From positions 32,001 through 96,000 of IMG/VR virus record IMGVR_UViG_3300043772_001024: a stretch of DNA of 64,000 nucleotides. One strand, given 5' to 3'. Under the pieces are notes generated by a model. The model was given only the letters and a program-made list of their open reading frames with translations. It was not told where the DNA came from and searched no databases. Made by a program: the position numbers and the translations under genes. The stretch is from a virus. This document shows positions 20,601 through 30,593 of the stretch, one piece after another; the stretch's first letter is position 1, and each line of letters starts with the position of its first letter.

Positions 20601-21688
20601 ACTTCATCTAAAGCAGCATTGTTTATAGTGCTGATAGTTTTCTTTCTTACTTGTGCTGGGTAGCTTACTTTTTTATAAGACATCATACCTGGCCCCATCA
20701 TACCAGGAAACATTCCAGGCATCATATTCATTGCACCAGGAAGCATTTTAGCTAAATCTCCAATAGCATCTAAATCCCATGTAGCTTCAGCTTTTCTTAA
20801 ACCACCTAATGGTCCAAACTCATAATTAACATTTGCACCAGGTATTGCTGTTGGTGTTCCAAATAAAGCTCTGTTAGCTCTTGCAATTTTTCTATTTCTT
20901 CCACCAAATAGAAACTTACCATTAAAATTATCTCCCATTGTAGATTCTTGATATTGTTGATATTCATTTTCTGCTGTTTCTTTCATCTTAGCTTCATTAG
21001 CAGTTTGCTTAATTATGGCAGCTAAGTTTTTTTCAGGAGGTGTAAATCCAGAAGGACTATCTATTGTTCCTCTTGGAGATATGTTAGTTTCATTGTTTTT
21101 TACTTCTTCCCCTTGAGCAGCTTTTCTTAATTCTTTAATTCTCTTTTTTACATAAGCACCTTTGGTTAAACCACCAAACTTATAAGCATTGTCATAAGGC
21201 TCTGCATCCATTCCGATATAATATGGTTGCTTAGGTTTAGGTACTATACTGCCTGGGGCAAACTGTCCACCTTCTGCATATTGACCACCATATCTTGCCA
21301 TATCTTCATCATCATCTTCATCCGCACCTTCATTAACAACGGCAAGTCCTTGATTGTCACCTCCATAGTAATCATAAATAGCAGCATTATCAGGCTCCTC
21401 TTCTTCTATTACTTCTGTTGTTTCTTCTTGTACTGGTGTATCATATGGAGCAGATGCTTCATCCTCATCATACTCATCATCTCCTAGAAGATCATATTGT
21501 TTGTAAACCTTATCTCTTGCTTGATCTCTTGATAAACCAAACTCAGCCATCTCATAGATAATAATTTCAGGATCTTTACCTTCTGCAATCTTTTTATTTA
21601 TTTCTTTATCTATGTTAACAGCCATACCATCCTTGGCTTTTACCAGCTTACCTTTCCCATCCGGAGCTTTATATAATCTAACTTTCAT
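17660..21688 (-). CDS. Low-complexity putative internal virion/cargo protein (1342 aa)
   Basis: Largely G/N/Q/S/M-rich and disorder-like; about 10 [YFM]xxGG motifs; NPF-xG-xAFG repeats; cargo block position. Confidence 0.55.
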   Translation of the reverse strand: MKVRLYKAPDGKGKLVKAKDGMAVNIDKEINKKIAEGKDPEIIIYEMAEFGLSRDQARDKVYKQYDLLGDDEYDEDEASAPYDTPVQEETTEVIEEEEPDNAAIYDYYGGDNQGLAVVNEGADEDDDEDMARYGGQYAEGGQFAPGSIVPKPKQPYYIGMDAEPYDNAYKFGGLTKGAYVKKRIKELRKAAQGEEVKNNETNISPRGTIDSPSGFTPPEKNLAAIIKQTANEAKMKETAENEYQQYQESTMGDNFNGKFLFGGRNRKIARANRALFGTPTAIPGANVNYEFGPLGGLRKAEATWDLDAIGDLAKMLPGAMNMMPGMFPGMMGPGMMSYKKVSYPAQVRKKTISTINNAALDEVAKQNPNSTAAQNNKSSKKNEIKCPPGSVYDPNLGYCADQDGNRVRSIVDLPDPEELLGNPFENPNARMLNGKKTMKATGPSSSASSTAASQSTQAQSVGGAPLQSQQTNIPGLIDYGQDWAGDFAKLSKQKADSDKFTDSLYNQAKDPSQYGYMIDPATGEVIKNPKGNDVDQRGLVWSGQYDDDNTNVDESLVWSNPVSQKEYNADPSKYGLDESYIVTNPDGTQSSQLGDSDSHMGWSAVSSEFSPWSDKRTKAEEANQEAFDQKFNYLARIPKDVRAKKYKEINKANGYDIVKPDGSFIKDTAAETTEKEINERKRRLSLNPLATKYYDYYQMGGPISGVEPDEYGNLQKFIYGGDEYAYGGDVLHKAYDGYITNFQKQMNATKNRIDQMGSKNPVDVNPFAGNAFGKATTGMQPSGTVGNRFQPTGQPNTGTTSGRNFDLTKNQGPQSGGYKVGDQITFNQNRDNYGSMGNQNQMAQYMQMMQMMQGQQGMGQGQFSVGRPQRLGFGLTRDFNYSNAFSPVNWQVPEGTKKIREVAYKDRGKWYNPFDTKRVREWYADPEDGAADDLINKQGSGTNINAGTTTTGGEDDEETTDTRTAKGMKLGKNEMLMTNVDVEGNPMGIDSKGRLVNADAESITPPSSMPTRGASQIPSKLSGTAPETMQSQGESAVSSSNPFTGDAFGGNQFGSASTGVQPSGNLKYAESPNNFSMSGQSNVSSNPFGGNAFGTASTGVTGNTNMGRPAASSPSYSAPGEDNPMADPKFVPTPQDYNPGVPPPSSGSNPAYTGEDGLDELPMAYGGYMAYGGYVPEYMAYGGYLPKAKPGITVDKAEFNDPNLIGRTVEQSAYTFNPGQLATDLFSGPTSLTGLTTGFLNARDEGRKMDLAAQRSRTSDAATANTGQSGFGSAERKGSDLMASGNETQYGSTPGKQGYEGGLYGKKGGQMNSQYAKGKVYSLTMDQIKAIEAAGGKVEYIK
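18140..18202 (-). repeat. Tandem coding repeat encoding MAYGG x3
   Basis: CCACC(A/G)TAAGCCAT occurs three times on the + strand. Confidence 0.85.
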
Positions 21689-21703
21689 GTTATTCTTTAT
21701 AAT

Positions 21704-21737
21704 TAAATATACTAAATTTTAATTTAACTGATAAACT
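21704..21737 (-). promoter_or_regulatory. Putative late promoter GTTTAT-N19-TATATTTA
   Basis: Copy of the recurrent GTATATT intergenic motif upstream of the 1342-aa gene. Confidence 0.55.
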
Positions 21738-22692
21738 TTTTAAGTTTACTTACTGGTTCTACTATGTATCCTTGGTCTATATATTTCTGTATTTCTTTTT
21801 CTGGTATATCTATTTCTATATAGTCATTAGTTGATCCACCCTTTCTTTTTTGATTTAGGTTATCACTATCAATATCTTCACCTGTATCACCAATATTTAT
21901 AACTTGTTGCCAAGGAATAGTTTTATATAAAGTTTTAATTGAACTAGGATCTAAATATTTAAGTTTACCAAACTTACCTAATGCTGGTACTGCACCAAAC
22001 ATATCAGCAGCTTGTCTCCATGTAGGTAAATCCATTCCACTTTCTTGCCAATCAGAGTATGCATTTTTTGCATCTCCCCAAGAAAGATATCCAGTTGGAT
22101 CAAAAAATTCTGCTACATTTTCTCCAAAAGATTCTGGCATATGTCCAGTTTTAGTTCCTGTAATTGTTACTTCAGGAAAAGTTTTTTGTAAAACTGTATC
22201 TTTATTTCTTTTTTGTTTGATCTCTTTGTTTAATAAAGCCTTATTACTAAAAGAATTATTTACAGGTTGTTTAGATCCTTTTCTAGTTAATGAGGGTACT
22301 GGTTTTTTGCTTTGATTACCTTGTCTCATTCTAGACATTAAACCTTGCATAAAAGGATCTTCAACACACTTTTTACCATTCCACTTATATCCTGGAAGAC
22401 AGTCTGTTGAACCCCCATCTATAAATCTATTTAATGTGGGTATAGAAGGATCACTTACTTCTTCTACTATATAACCACCATCAATATACTTTTGTACATC
22501 TTCTTCAGATAAATCTAATTTAATATAGTCTTTTTCACCACCATCTTCATATTTAAATTTAGCTGTAGGATTGTAAACTCCCGGAGCCCTTTTCTTTTTT
22601 CTTTTTTTAAATAACTTGTTTTTTACAAATAGTCTGTTGGTAGCAAATATGTTACTATTCTGCAATGGCCCACCTTTTTTAAAATCAGTCAT
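21724..22692 (-). CDS. Putative internal virion protein (322 aa) with duplicated DYIxxDxxExxxQKYIDxGYIVExVS module
   Basis: Directly after the muzzle gene; FKKGG/YEDGG/FIDGG/KRKGG motifs; internal 26-aa repeat. Confidence 0.55.
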   Translation of the reverse strand: MTDFKKGGPLQNSNIFATNRLFVKNKLFKKRKKKRAPGVYNPTAKFKYEDGGEKDYIKLDLSEEDVQKYIDGGYIVEEVSDPSIPTLNRFIDGGSTDCLPGYKWNGKKCVEDPFMQGLMSRMRQGNQSKKPVPSLTRKGSKQPVNNSFSNKALLNKEIKQKRNKDTVLQKTFPEVTITGTKTGHMPESFGENVAEFFDPTGYLSWGDAKNAYSDWQESGMDLPTWRQAADMFGAVPALGKFGKLKYLDPSSIKTLYKTIPWQQVINIGDTGEDIDSDNLNQKRKGGSTNDYIEIDIPEKEIQKYIDQGYIVEPVSKLKKFIS

Positions 22693-25600
22693 TATCTTAA
22701 AGAGTATTGGTTCTTACTATTAAATAATTTAAGGATCATGTTAGTATCCCTTGAGTCAGCTTTACTAAGATACATGAAGTTAACCATGTGTCTGAATTTT
22801 TTTCTTTGTAACAAAGATTTATTATAGTCTACAGCTTGAGGGTTAATAGCTTTTTTATAACCATTAGCTTCTGTAATCCACAACATGTTCTCTGGATAGT
22901 TTCCTAATAAAGTTGTAGTACCTGGAATAAGCTGTCCAGATGGTGGATAACCTGATCCATTAGGGAATTCTCCACGGTCTTTAGTAATATCCCAAAACTG
23001 GTTAACTCTGTATTTGTTCTCTTCTTTAGAAAACAAGATATCATATGAGTTATTGTTTATATTAAGTTGTGGATACAATAATGATAATGCTATATTATTC
23101 TTAGGGAATACATTAAGATTCAAGTATCCTGATATTTGTTCTGAGTTATGTATAACTAGTCTATCAAAGTTATAATCCAATATATGGAACTGATCACTGC
23201 AGAATCTTCTTTCTCTTCTATAACACTCAAGTACATACTCTATACTTTTTACTGTTGTAACAGATTGACCGGTAGTTATTGGGAACTCAATTTCAAAAGG
23301 ATACTGCACACCATAAAAATTACAGTAATCATTACAGTTAGCACCATGTTTATAAAACTTATTTGTCTGTGTAGTTATAAAACTATCTTTAGTAGGCATA
23401 ACAAGATCTGGATGCCAATCATGGAAGCTTATCCAAAACTGAGACTTAGGGTCATAACTTACTGTCCATGAGGCATCTTCAAATATTCTAGGATCTCCAA
23501 GTGCTAGTTTAATAGGTGTATTTGAAGGTTTACCATCTACATAAGGATAATAATTAAAATAACTTTCTTTACCTGAATTTATATTAATTACTCTTCCTGC
23601 TAATGGAAAACCATCAGGACCAATTTCTTTTAACTTATAATCTTTTTTACAAAAGTAAAGTACAGAGTTATAGTTATCATATACTGCTTGTGTTCCAACA
23701 CCTGCTACTGGATTATCCTGATATGGATAATCAGGAAAATCCTCAAGTAATTTACACGGCAAGAAATAATCAAACCACCATTTCATACCAGCTTGAGATA
23801 CTTCTTGAAGACCTTCACCATATGAGAATACTTTACCTTGATCTTGTGATATATAATATAGTCCCGCTGGAGTTGATATTACTGACAATCTTCCTTGAGA
23901 TGACCCATACATGTATGGTTTATCTGCTACTACAATATTTTGAGGTTCTCTTGCAAATACACCTCCGTCACCTATAATGACTTTTGTTCCTGATCCATCC
24001 ATCTCAAGTGTATCAACACCTTGGAATACTATTGGACTATCATTCTTAAATGTAACAAAGGCTCCAGTTTTAGCAAAGTTTTTAACTCCACTAATCTGAC
24101 TAACAAATTCTTTTCTGTTTAACGGTAAGAATATAAACCAATTATCAGTAGATGATGTTTGTGAAACAGGTAATGAATATGTAATAGTATTTGGATAATA
24201 AGTATAACATAACTCAGCAACCTCAGGATTATAGTACACACTCTGTAAAAATCCAAATGATGTATATCTGTTTGTAAGCCTTGTTATACTTAATGAATAA
24301 TCATATAGATAAAAGTTACCTTCTGTTGCAGTTATCTTATCCATTCTGAACATAGTCTCTAAGTCTGTATACCTATATGGGTTATAAGCCTTTTCATAAT
24401 CAAAGACACCAACTTCTCTAAAGTCATTTATTACATCAGACTCTACAAAAAAGTCTCTTACTCCAGATGCTGATAAATAGAAATATGCATTCTTAACATT
24501 TGTAAACCCGTCATATGAAACTGGTGGAATTATGCTCCAAGCTTTATCAGTTCCTCTATTATAACCTTTATGATCAAGATTAAAATAATCATTTGGTAAA
24601 AATCCGTCACCTGTTGTTCCATTATAAAAGTCATTTATCCATTGTGTCCAAGTTCCAGGGTTGGCTATATTAAGCTGGGATGCATCATACTTTTCACTAT
24701 TAGCCCAATACCTAGGTTCAGGAATCATCTGACTATTAAAGTAATTATACTCATAACCATTGGGTTCTGTATATAACCAATTATAGAAAAAGAACATTGG
24801 ATTCTTTTCTGTAAATCTTGTTATGTAAGTATCACCACCAAATATTACAGGAGTTTGGTTAATTGTTTTTAATGTAACAGATTTATTTGTAGGAGCTGGT
24901 AAATTATTAGTTGTATATGGTAATGTTGCATAATCAAACTTTTGCTCACATGGTGTTATTGGAAACTGAGTAATACTTTTTAACTGTCCATATTGGTCAT
25001 CATTGTCTATTTTCATAGCACTATAATGACTACCAATTCTTGTAGTAAATTCTATGCTCTTTTTCTTTTCAGTAAACTTTGGACCAGCTGCACCTAAAGC
25101 ATCATCAAACATACCAAGACTACCTAGTGATTGATCTAGCCCACTGGTACCTGTTATTAATAATTTAGGACCATCTGTAGTTGGAGTATTAGCTCTCTCA
25201 GTTCTCAACATTAATAACTGACTTCTCTTGTAGTTATTAATAGTGTATTTTTGAAATTGATTCATGGTAATAGTATCATCATAATCATCTATCTCAAATG
25301 AGATATTTTTAAATATATATGATGAGTCTGCAATTTTAAATCTCTTTGTATCATTTATATTAAATGGTTTAAATGCATCATATAAACCATGACCAATAAG
25401 TTGTAAAGCATATTGTCTATATGGTGCTAAGGCATATATTAAATCTGCTGCAGCATTAACACCTTCCATAAAGTATTGTGATATTTGAGTTACACCACCT
25501 AATGCACTAAACAACCCTTGTGTCCATGAAGGTAACATAGCATTTCCTGATAGCTCATTAGTATAACTATTTGTATTAAATATACCTCCTTCAAATAGTG

Positions 25601-28259
25601 ATTGACGATTATTATTTCTAGCAGCACTACCAAAACCATCAGTAGAGGCATTACCCAATGGGTTAAAAGCATCTGTAAGAAATCCGCCAGTAATACCATT
25701 TGCATAATTAAAAAAAGTTTGTCTACTTGTGAAAGTATTAAAATCCCAGTCAAAATCATGAAAATTTAATGCACCTCCTGTTATATTTTTACCAGCATAT
25801 GGTGTTGGTAATGTTGCACCTGGTCCACCATTACCACCTCCAGCAAGTAACCAATCCATAGCATATTGATTTTCAAAACTACCTAATGGATAATTAATTT
25901 GTTTTTTACCCATTCTTCTTAGAAGTGCATCTCCTATACCTGAAATGATTATGACCCACAATGCATCATTACTCATAAGTTTAAACTTAGGATGACCCTG
26001 TGGCTCTATAAATCTTTGTATAGCATTACCTTCAAGATGCCCGTATAGTTTTAATTCTATTGGGGCCAAGTAAGGATTTCTAAAACTAGTATCTGGTGAA
26101 TGAAAACTTGTTATGTTTACAGGAACATCTTGATTTAAAAAGTTATTATTACTATCAACAGACTTTATAAATGGATCATTGTAATACTGATCATTACCTG
26201 ATGCATTATTTCCTATTGGTATAATTGTATTATAAGGATAGTTAGCATAAAGACCCGTTCTGTTATTAGCAGGAACACCAACTCTATTATATGTTCTAAA
26301 GTTATTCAGCATACCTTTGGCAATAATACTTCTATTACCATCTCTAGATCCTCTCAATATTTCATATCCTACTATTCCCGGTATATCAAAACCATCATTG
26401 TCTTTTGGATATATAATATTCTTAAATTGCACTGACATCATTCTGATGAATAATGCATTTGTTGCAGGATCTCTTCTAAAATGATAAGCAGCATCAGATG
26501 ATGTTAACTGTCCTGTGGCTTCATTATAAATTACATTCTCAGGAAACTTATGATGTCTAATAGGTAGTCCACATAAATCATATGAAGCACTTGGTATAGG
26601 TAATCCTGTTACAGAACTCCATGTACCTGTCCAAAAATGTTGACTAGCATTCCATATGTCAGGTCTATTATCTGGATACTTTTCTGTAGACTGCCAATAA
26701 CCCATCTTACCCGCAGCAATTACTCTACCACCATCAGGCAGTGTATAAGGATAAAAGTTAGGTGATGGTGGCTGATTCAGTCTTGCTGTATTTATAGTTT
26801 GGAATAACAAGGTATCTCCAGGAAAACTATCTGAGTTTGAATAAGGTAAATCTTCACGAATACCTGGTGCAGGTCCCCAATTTTCAGCAGCTCTTCCTGG
26901 AATATGATATGATGCAGACTTATCTCCTGTGTTGTATACCCATCTTATAAAAAAAGTATATACCTCATCTCTCATAAAATTAGTCTTTGAGCCTCCTCTA
27001 AAATAATAATTGGAAGGGTACTCTACTGAAACCCATTCGGTTTCAATTAAATTTGCTAAGGGTTGATAGTTAAAATCAAACTTTGATGTTGGCCCTACTC
27101 TAAGCAAATAAGTATTTAACTGAGCCATTTGATCTGACTTCTCAAATACAGGAGTCATCAAAGGTATGAGTGTAATATCTATAGATTCAAAGCTAGGTTT
27201 GTACTGGTCTATAAATATGTTTCTAGTATTTGTAGAATAGTATCCAATTACTCTAGCAACAGTATTCTCATTTATGTTTGCAACAAGTACAAGTTGGAAC
27301 TCATCAAAATTTTCTGTGTCAGCTTCTACTTCTAATTGTAATGAACCTTGTGTAGAATTAACAGTATAAACAGGTTGTACATTACTAGCTGTAAAATAAT
27401 CTGATATCTTTTCTCCTTTTATTGTATATGCAATAACTGCATAGTAACTACCATTTTCTAATGAACCTGAACCATCACCAAGTCTTAAATTAAGACAAGG
27501 TGTATCCATCAATCTTGCTAATCTTGTTTTTTCACAATCAAGTGTATTAATAGAATTACAAGTAATACAACCGTCTATAGGATGTCCTGCTGGCCATACA
27601 CCAGGTTGAGTCTGACTTGTATTAGATGAGTCAGTACATATTTGATTCCATTCTACACCTGGCCAAAGAATGTTTGTACCATTACCATTTGAGTAAAAGT
27701 TAACAGTTGTGGATCCTGAACCACCACCTAACCAAACATAATCAGAACTAGGCCAAGTTTTTGGATCACCAACATTTAAATATCTATCTGGATTTTTACC
27801 ATCAGCCCAATATACCTGCCAAGAACAATCTTCTTTTTCTCTTGCTGCTCCAGATATTAAATGTGCTTTACTAAAACCTAAACATGCATCTTGAACAATT
27901 GGTCTATATGTACATGAGGCTTCTTCAAACAAACCTATTTCAGATACTCTTGGTAAAATCTCAACAGCACTTGCATGAGAAGCTGTAAACACAATCCATT
28001 TATCACTAAACATGTGTATCATTCCTATAACATATCTGAATGAAAAAGCACTATTAATTGTTGCTCCAGCTGTTGCACAAAGTATATTTGAAACTTCATT
28101 GGATATTGTACCTACATCACCTTCAATAGTGTTGTTAACCACATTCCTTGCATAACTCCACATACCTTCTTGAATAAATGCGGGGTCACTATCTTTATGA
28201 AGACCCTTTATAAAGGTATTAGTCTTACTAGTATTTAAGTTTCCTTTTTCTTCTGCCAT
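22692..28259 (-). CDS. Tail muzzle / stabilization protein (P22 gp10-like, crAss-like muzzle), 1855 aa
   Basis: N-terminal NTFIKGLHKD...YARNV, FMRDEVYTFFIRW...SYHIPGR, IRHHKFP, C-terminal WTVSYDP..WISFHDWHP; size and synteny. Confidence 0.85.
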   Translation of the reverse strand: MAEEKGNLNTSKTNTFIKGLHKDSDPAFIQEGMWSYARNVVNNTIEGDVGTISNEVSNILCATAGATINSAFSFRYVIGMIHMFSDKWIVFTASHASAVEILPRVSEIGLFEEASCTYRPIVQDACLGFSKAHLISGAAREKEDCSWQVYWADGKNPDRYLNVGDPKTWPSSDYVWLGGGSGSTTVNFYSNGNGTNILWPGVEWNQICTDSSNTSQTQPGVWPAGHPIDGCITCNSINTLDCEKTRLARLMDTPCLNLRLGDGSGSLENGSYYAVIAYTIKGEKISDYFTASNVQPVYTVNSTQGSLQLEVEADTENFDEFQLVLVANINENTVARVIGYYSTNTRNIFIDQYKPSFESIDITLIPLMTPVFEKSDQMAQLNTYLLRVGPTSKFDFNYQPLANLIETEWVSVEYPSNYYFRGGSKTNFMRDEVYTFFIRWVYNTGDKSASYHIPGRAAENWGPAPGIREDLPYSNSDSFPGDTLLFQTINTARLNQPPSPNFYPYTLPDGGRVIAAGKMGYWQSTEKYPDNRPDIWNASQHFWTGTWSSVTGLPIPSASYDLCGLPIRHHKFPENVIYNEATGQLTSSDAAYHFRRDPATNALFIRMMSVQFKNIIYPKDNDGFDIPGIVGYEILRGSRDGNRSIIAKGMLNNFRTYNRVGVPANNRTGLYANYPYNTIIPIGNNASGNDQYYNDPFIKSVDSNNNFLNQDVPVNITSFHSPDTSFRNPYLAPIELKLYGHLEGNAIQRFIEPQGHPKFKLMSNDALWVIIISGIGDALLRRMGKKQINYPLGSFENQYAMDWLLAGGGNGGPGATLPTPYAGKNITGGALNFHDFDWDFNTFTSRQTFFNYANGITGGFLTDAFNPLGNASTDGFGSAARNNNRQSLFEGGIFNTNSYTNELSGNAMLPSWTQGLFSALGGVTQISQYFMEGVNAAADLIYALAPYRQYALQLIGHGLYDAFKPFNINDTKRFKIADSSYIFKNISFEIDDYDDTITMNQFQKYTINNYKRSQLLMLRTERANTPTTDGPKLLITGTSGLDQSLGSLGMFDDALGAAGPKFTEKKKSIEFTTRIGSHYSAMKIDNDDQYGQLKSITQFPITPCEQKFDYATLPYTTNNLPAPTNKSVTLKTINQTPVIFGGDTYITRFTEKNPMFFFYNWLYTEPNGYEYNYFNSQMIPEPRYWANSEKYDASQLNIANPGTWTQWINDFYNGTTGDGFLPNDYFNLDHKGYNRGTDKAWSIIPPVSYDGFTNVKNAYFYLSASGVRDFFVESDVINDFREVGVFDYEKAYNPYRYTDLETMFRMDKITATEGNFYLYDYSLSITRLTNRYTSFGFLQSVYYNPEVAELCYTYYPNTITYSLPVSQTSSTDNWFIFLPLNRKEFVSQISGVKNFAKTGAFVTFKNDSPIVFQGVDTLEMDGSGTKVIIGDGGVFAREPQNIVVADKPYMYGSSQGRLSVISTPAGLYYISQDQGKVFSYGEGLQEVSQAGMKWWFDYFLPCKLLEDFPDYPYQDNPVAGVGTQAVYDNYNSVLYFCKKDYKLKEIGPDGFPLAGRVININSGKESYFNYYPYVDGKPSNTPIKLALGDPRIFEDASWTVSYDPKSQFWISFHDWHPDLVMPTKDSFITTQTNKFYKHGANCNDYCNFYGVQYPFEIEFPITTGQSVTTVKSIEYVLECYRRERRFCSDQFHILDYNFDRLVIHNSEQISGYLNLNVFPKNNIALSLLYPQLNINNNSYDILFSKEENKYRVNQFWDITKDRGEFPNGSGYPPSGQLIPGTTTLLGNYPENMLWITEANGYKKAINPQAVDYNKSLLQRKKFRHMVNFMYLSKADSRDTNMILKLFNSKNQYSLR

Positions 28260-28261
28260 GA

Positions 28262-29305
28262 TTATAGTACTCTAGATACACCATTAATTCCGTAAAATGC
28301 TCTATTTGGAGAATAGCTTTTAAACATGTCATAGTATTTACTATACATAGCTTTTCTATTTGTCCACCACATTTGTTCTAGTTCTTTAAAGTTTGGAGTG
28401 TTAACTAAACTCAAAGCTTGGTTTCTTGCAGCTCTAAGCTTTTGTTCTACAAGTTGTAATCTTGCAGATACATCTTCTCCATTCATAAATAAGTTTTCAA
28501 GCAGCCTTTGTTTTATTGCATACTCATAATAATCATTAAGCAAGTCATGATCAGGTACAAGTAAATTACCTGCTTCATCTTCCATAGCTCCTTGGTAATT
28601 AAGATATACCTTACCTGTCTCAAATGTTGTAAATAAAAATCCATCTTTTATCCAACCTTGATTAGCAGTATCATAATATAAGTTAGGACAATCACATTCT
28701 ATTTCCTGACTCTGTTTCATTCTTAATGGAATTAATCTAGAATATTTTCTTGTGGCTCCTGTATTTAATATTTGAATCAACTCATACTTTTCACCTTTGC
28801 AATTCATAAATACCCGTGGAGGTACACATGTATTACCATATGGATTATCAGGATCATACTCAGTTGGTATTGGATCTACTATAGGATGATTAAGATCACA
28901 AGCTGCAGTATGTTTACATGGATTAGCATTACATGATCTGCAGTTAACACTTGGTGGTGCACATTGATTTACTGTTGATGGTACTTCATGATAAGGTACT
29001 TCTTGTATATTAGTTCCACCGGACATTCCACCATAACCAACATGGTCTTCATACTCTCCACAGATAAAAGCAAAATTAAATGTATAAAAATTATCAGGTA
29101 ACTTTACTTTATTATGACAAACCTCAAGTACAACTTCTCTTGTTTGATTTATCCTTAGACCAAGATCATAGTTTATTCTTTTAGCAACTTTAATTAATTG
29201 CTGAGGCTCTATCATATTTTCTAGAGCAAGAGTATTCATGTCTATTGATACATCTTCTAAGAGTTGATCAAAAGGTCTGTAACGGAGAGTGTAATTGAAA
29301 TCCAT
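28262..29305 (-). CDS. Tail ring/tubular protein (P22 gp4-like)
   Basis: TFETGKVYLNYQGAMEDEAGNLLVPD...YYEYAIK pattern; immediately upstream of the muzzle gene. Confidence 0.75.
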   Translation of the reverse strand: MDFNYTLRYRPFDQLLEDVSIDMNTLALENMIEPQQLIKVAKRINYDLGLRINQTREVVLEVCHNKVKLPDNFYTFNFAFICGEYEDHVGYGGMSGGTNIQEVPYHEVPSTVNQCAPPSVNCRSCNANPCKHTAACDLNHPIVDPIPTEYDPDNPYGNTCVPPRVFMNCKGEKYELIQILNTGATRKYSRLIPLRMKQSQEIECDCPNLYYDTANQGWIKDGFLFTTFETGKVYLNYQGAMEDEAGNLLVPDHDLLNDYYEYAIKQRLLENLFMNGEDVSARLQLVEQKLRAARNQALSLVNTPNFKELEQMWWTNRKAMYSKYYDMFKSYSPNRAFYGINGVSRVL

Positions 29306-29967
29306 TATCTTAATGAGTTTTGACTATCATCTGCACCATCAGCTGGCATCTGTGTAATAGTAGTTAATTCTTTTAATACAAACTGTTCAGCTTCTGAAAA
29401 TAAATAATCAGGAATTGCTAAAGGTTCATCCTGTTTTATTTGACAATCATCAGTATCACATGTTTCTACTTTGTTTTCAAATATGGCTTCCATTCTTATA
29501 GCATCCCAGTCTATGTTAGGACAGTATACATAACCATTAAGATACCAGAAATATGGTCTCTTGTTATATTTGAATGTGCTAGATTTAGTTATAGACACCC
29601 ATGTTCCAGGGTCTGTTCTAAACATTTCTATAGATCCATCTATAGAAGATGTAGTACGGATAATTGGTCCAAACATACCATCTAATATACTTGGTAATTT
29701 ATCTTTAGATCTTTTAAAATAACATTCTGAATATACACCAATACAACCAGCCTCTACTCTATCAACATCTATAAGTTCAATATATGGTAGAACTTGAAAG
29801 ATCTGACTCATCTTCATTAACCTGAACTGATTGTCTTCTCTTTTAATTAATGTCTTTGCATATTTACTAAGAGCAAAATAGATTGTCCTATCAGTTAAGA
29901 AAGCATCTTCCTTAACAGCTTTAAGAGCATTTCTTACTCTTGATATGGCTTCTCCTATTGTTGTCAT
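29305..29967 (-). CDS. Tail ring protein
   Basis: MTTIGEAISRVRN...LTDRTIY, YFWYLNGYVY, LAIPDYL pattern; between IHF-like and tubular genes as in crAss-like phages. Confidence 0.7.
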   Translation of the reverse strand: MTTIGEAISRVRNALKAVKEDAFLTDRTIYFALSKYAKTLIKREDNQFRLMKMSQIFQVLPYIELIDVDRVEAGCIGVYSECYFKRSKDKLPSILDGMFGPIIRTTSSIDGSIEMFRTDPGTWVSITKSSTFKYNKRPYFWYLNGYVYCPNIDWDAIRMEAIFENKVETCDTDDCQIKQDEPLAIPDYLFSEAEQFVLKELTTITQMPADGADDSQNSLR

Positions 29968-30545
29968 ATGTCAAATTCATTATATGTTTTCAATTCCTTT
30001 TTCTGTTTCTTGACAAGCATATCTATATATGTTGCCTTTTGGTAGATCAGTCTAAGTTTTGCAGTAGGATCTACTACCACATACATATTCCAATTTTCAG
30101 GATAACTCTTAGCAACTTTTCTTTTAAAGTCCCTACATGCAACAAAACTCCAAAACTCTCTGTTTTTCATTTTATGTTTTAGTGCATGACTGGTAAAAAA
30201 GATTTTAGCTAACTTTCCATCTGTATCCCAATTTCTGTTTGTTACTGTCATCCCATATTTATGAGACTTTACAAAGTCAATATTTTTTTTCTTACTTTCT
30301 TGACATGTTCCAATGAACAACCAACCTATTTGCTCTGGGAGCTGGACACCATCTCTTTTATCAATCACTGTTTGATAAACTGTAGTGTTAAACTTCTTAA
30401 CTATAGTTTTTAATACAGTGTTATCAATATCCTTATACTTTGAATATTTTTTCTTAAACTTTTCAAAGAACTCTTTATTTAGAACATTGTGTACATCTGG
30501 TCTAAATCTTGGAGCTTTTACATCTGGCTTATTAAATTCCTTCAT
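29964..30545 (-). CDS. IHF/HU-like DNA-binding protein
   Basis: Basic; helix followed by DGVQLPEQIGWLFIG beta segment; conserved crAss-like position before the ring genes. Confidence 0.6.
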   Translation of the reverse strand: MKEFNKPDVKAPRFRPDVHNVLNKEFFEKFKKKYSKYKDIDNTVLKTIVKKFNTTVYQTVIDKRDGVQLPEQIGWLFIGTCQESKKKNIDFVKSHKYGMTVTNRNWDTDGKLAKIFFTSHALKHKMKNREFWSFVACRDFKRKVAKSYPENWNMYVVVDPTAKLRLIYQKATYIDMLVKKQKKELKTYNEFDI

Positions 30546-30555
30546 GCTATTACTA

Positions 30556-30587
30556 TTAATATACTAAAAATAAATGAGACTAACAAA
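30556..30587 (-). promoter_or_regulatory. Putative late promoter TTTG-N20-TATATTAA
   Basis: Matches Bacteroidota -33 TTTG / -7 TAnnTTTG spacing; nearly identical to the 56099 site. Confidence 0.65.
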
Positions 30588-30593
30588 TGTAAC

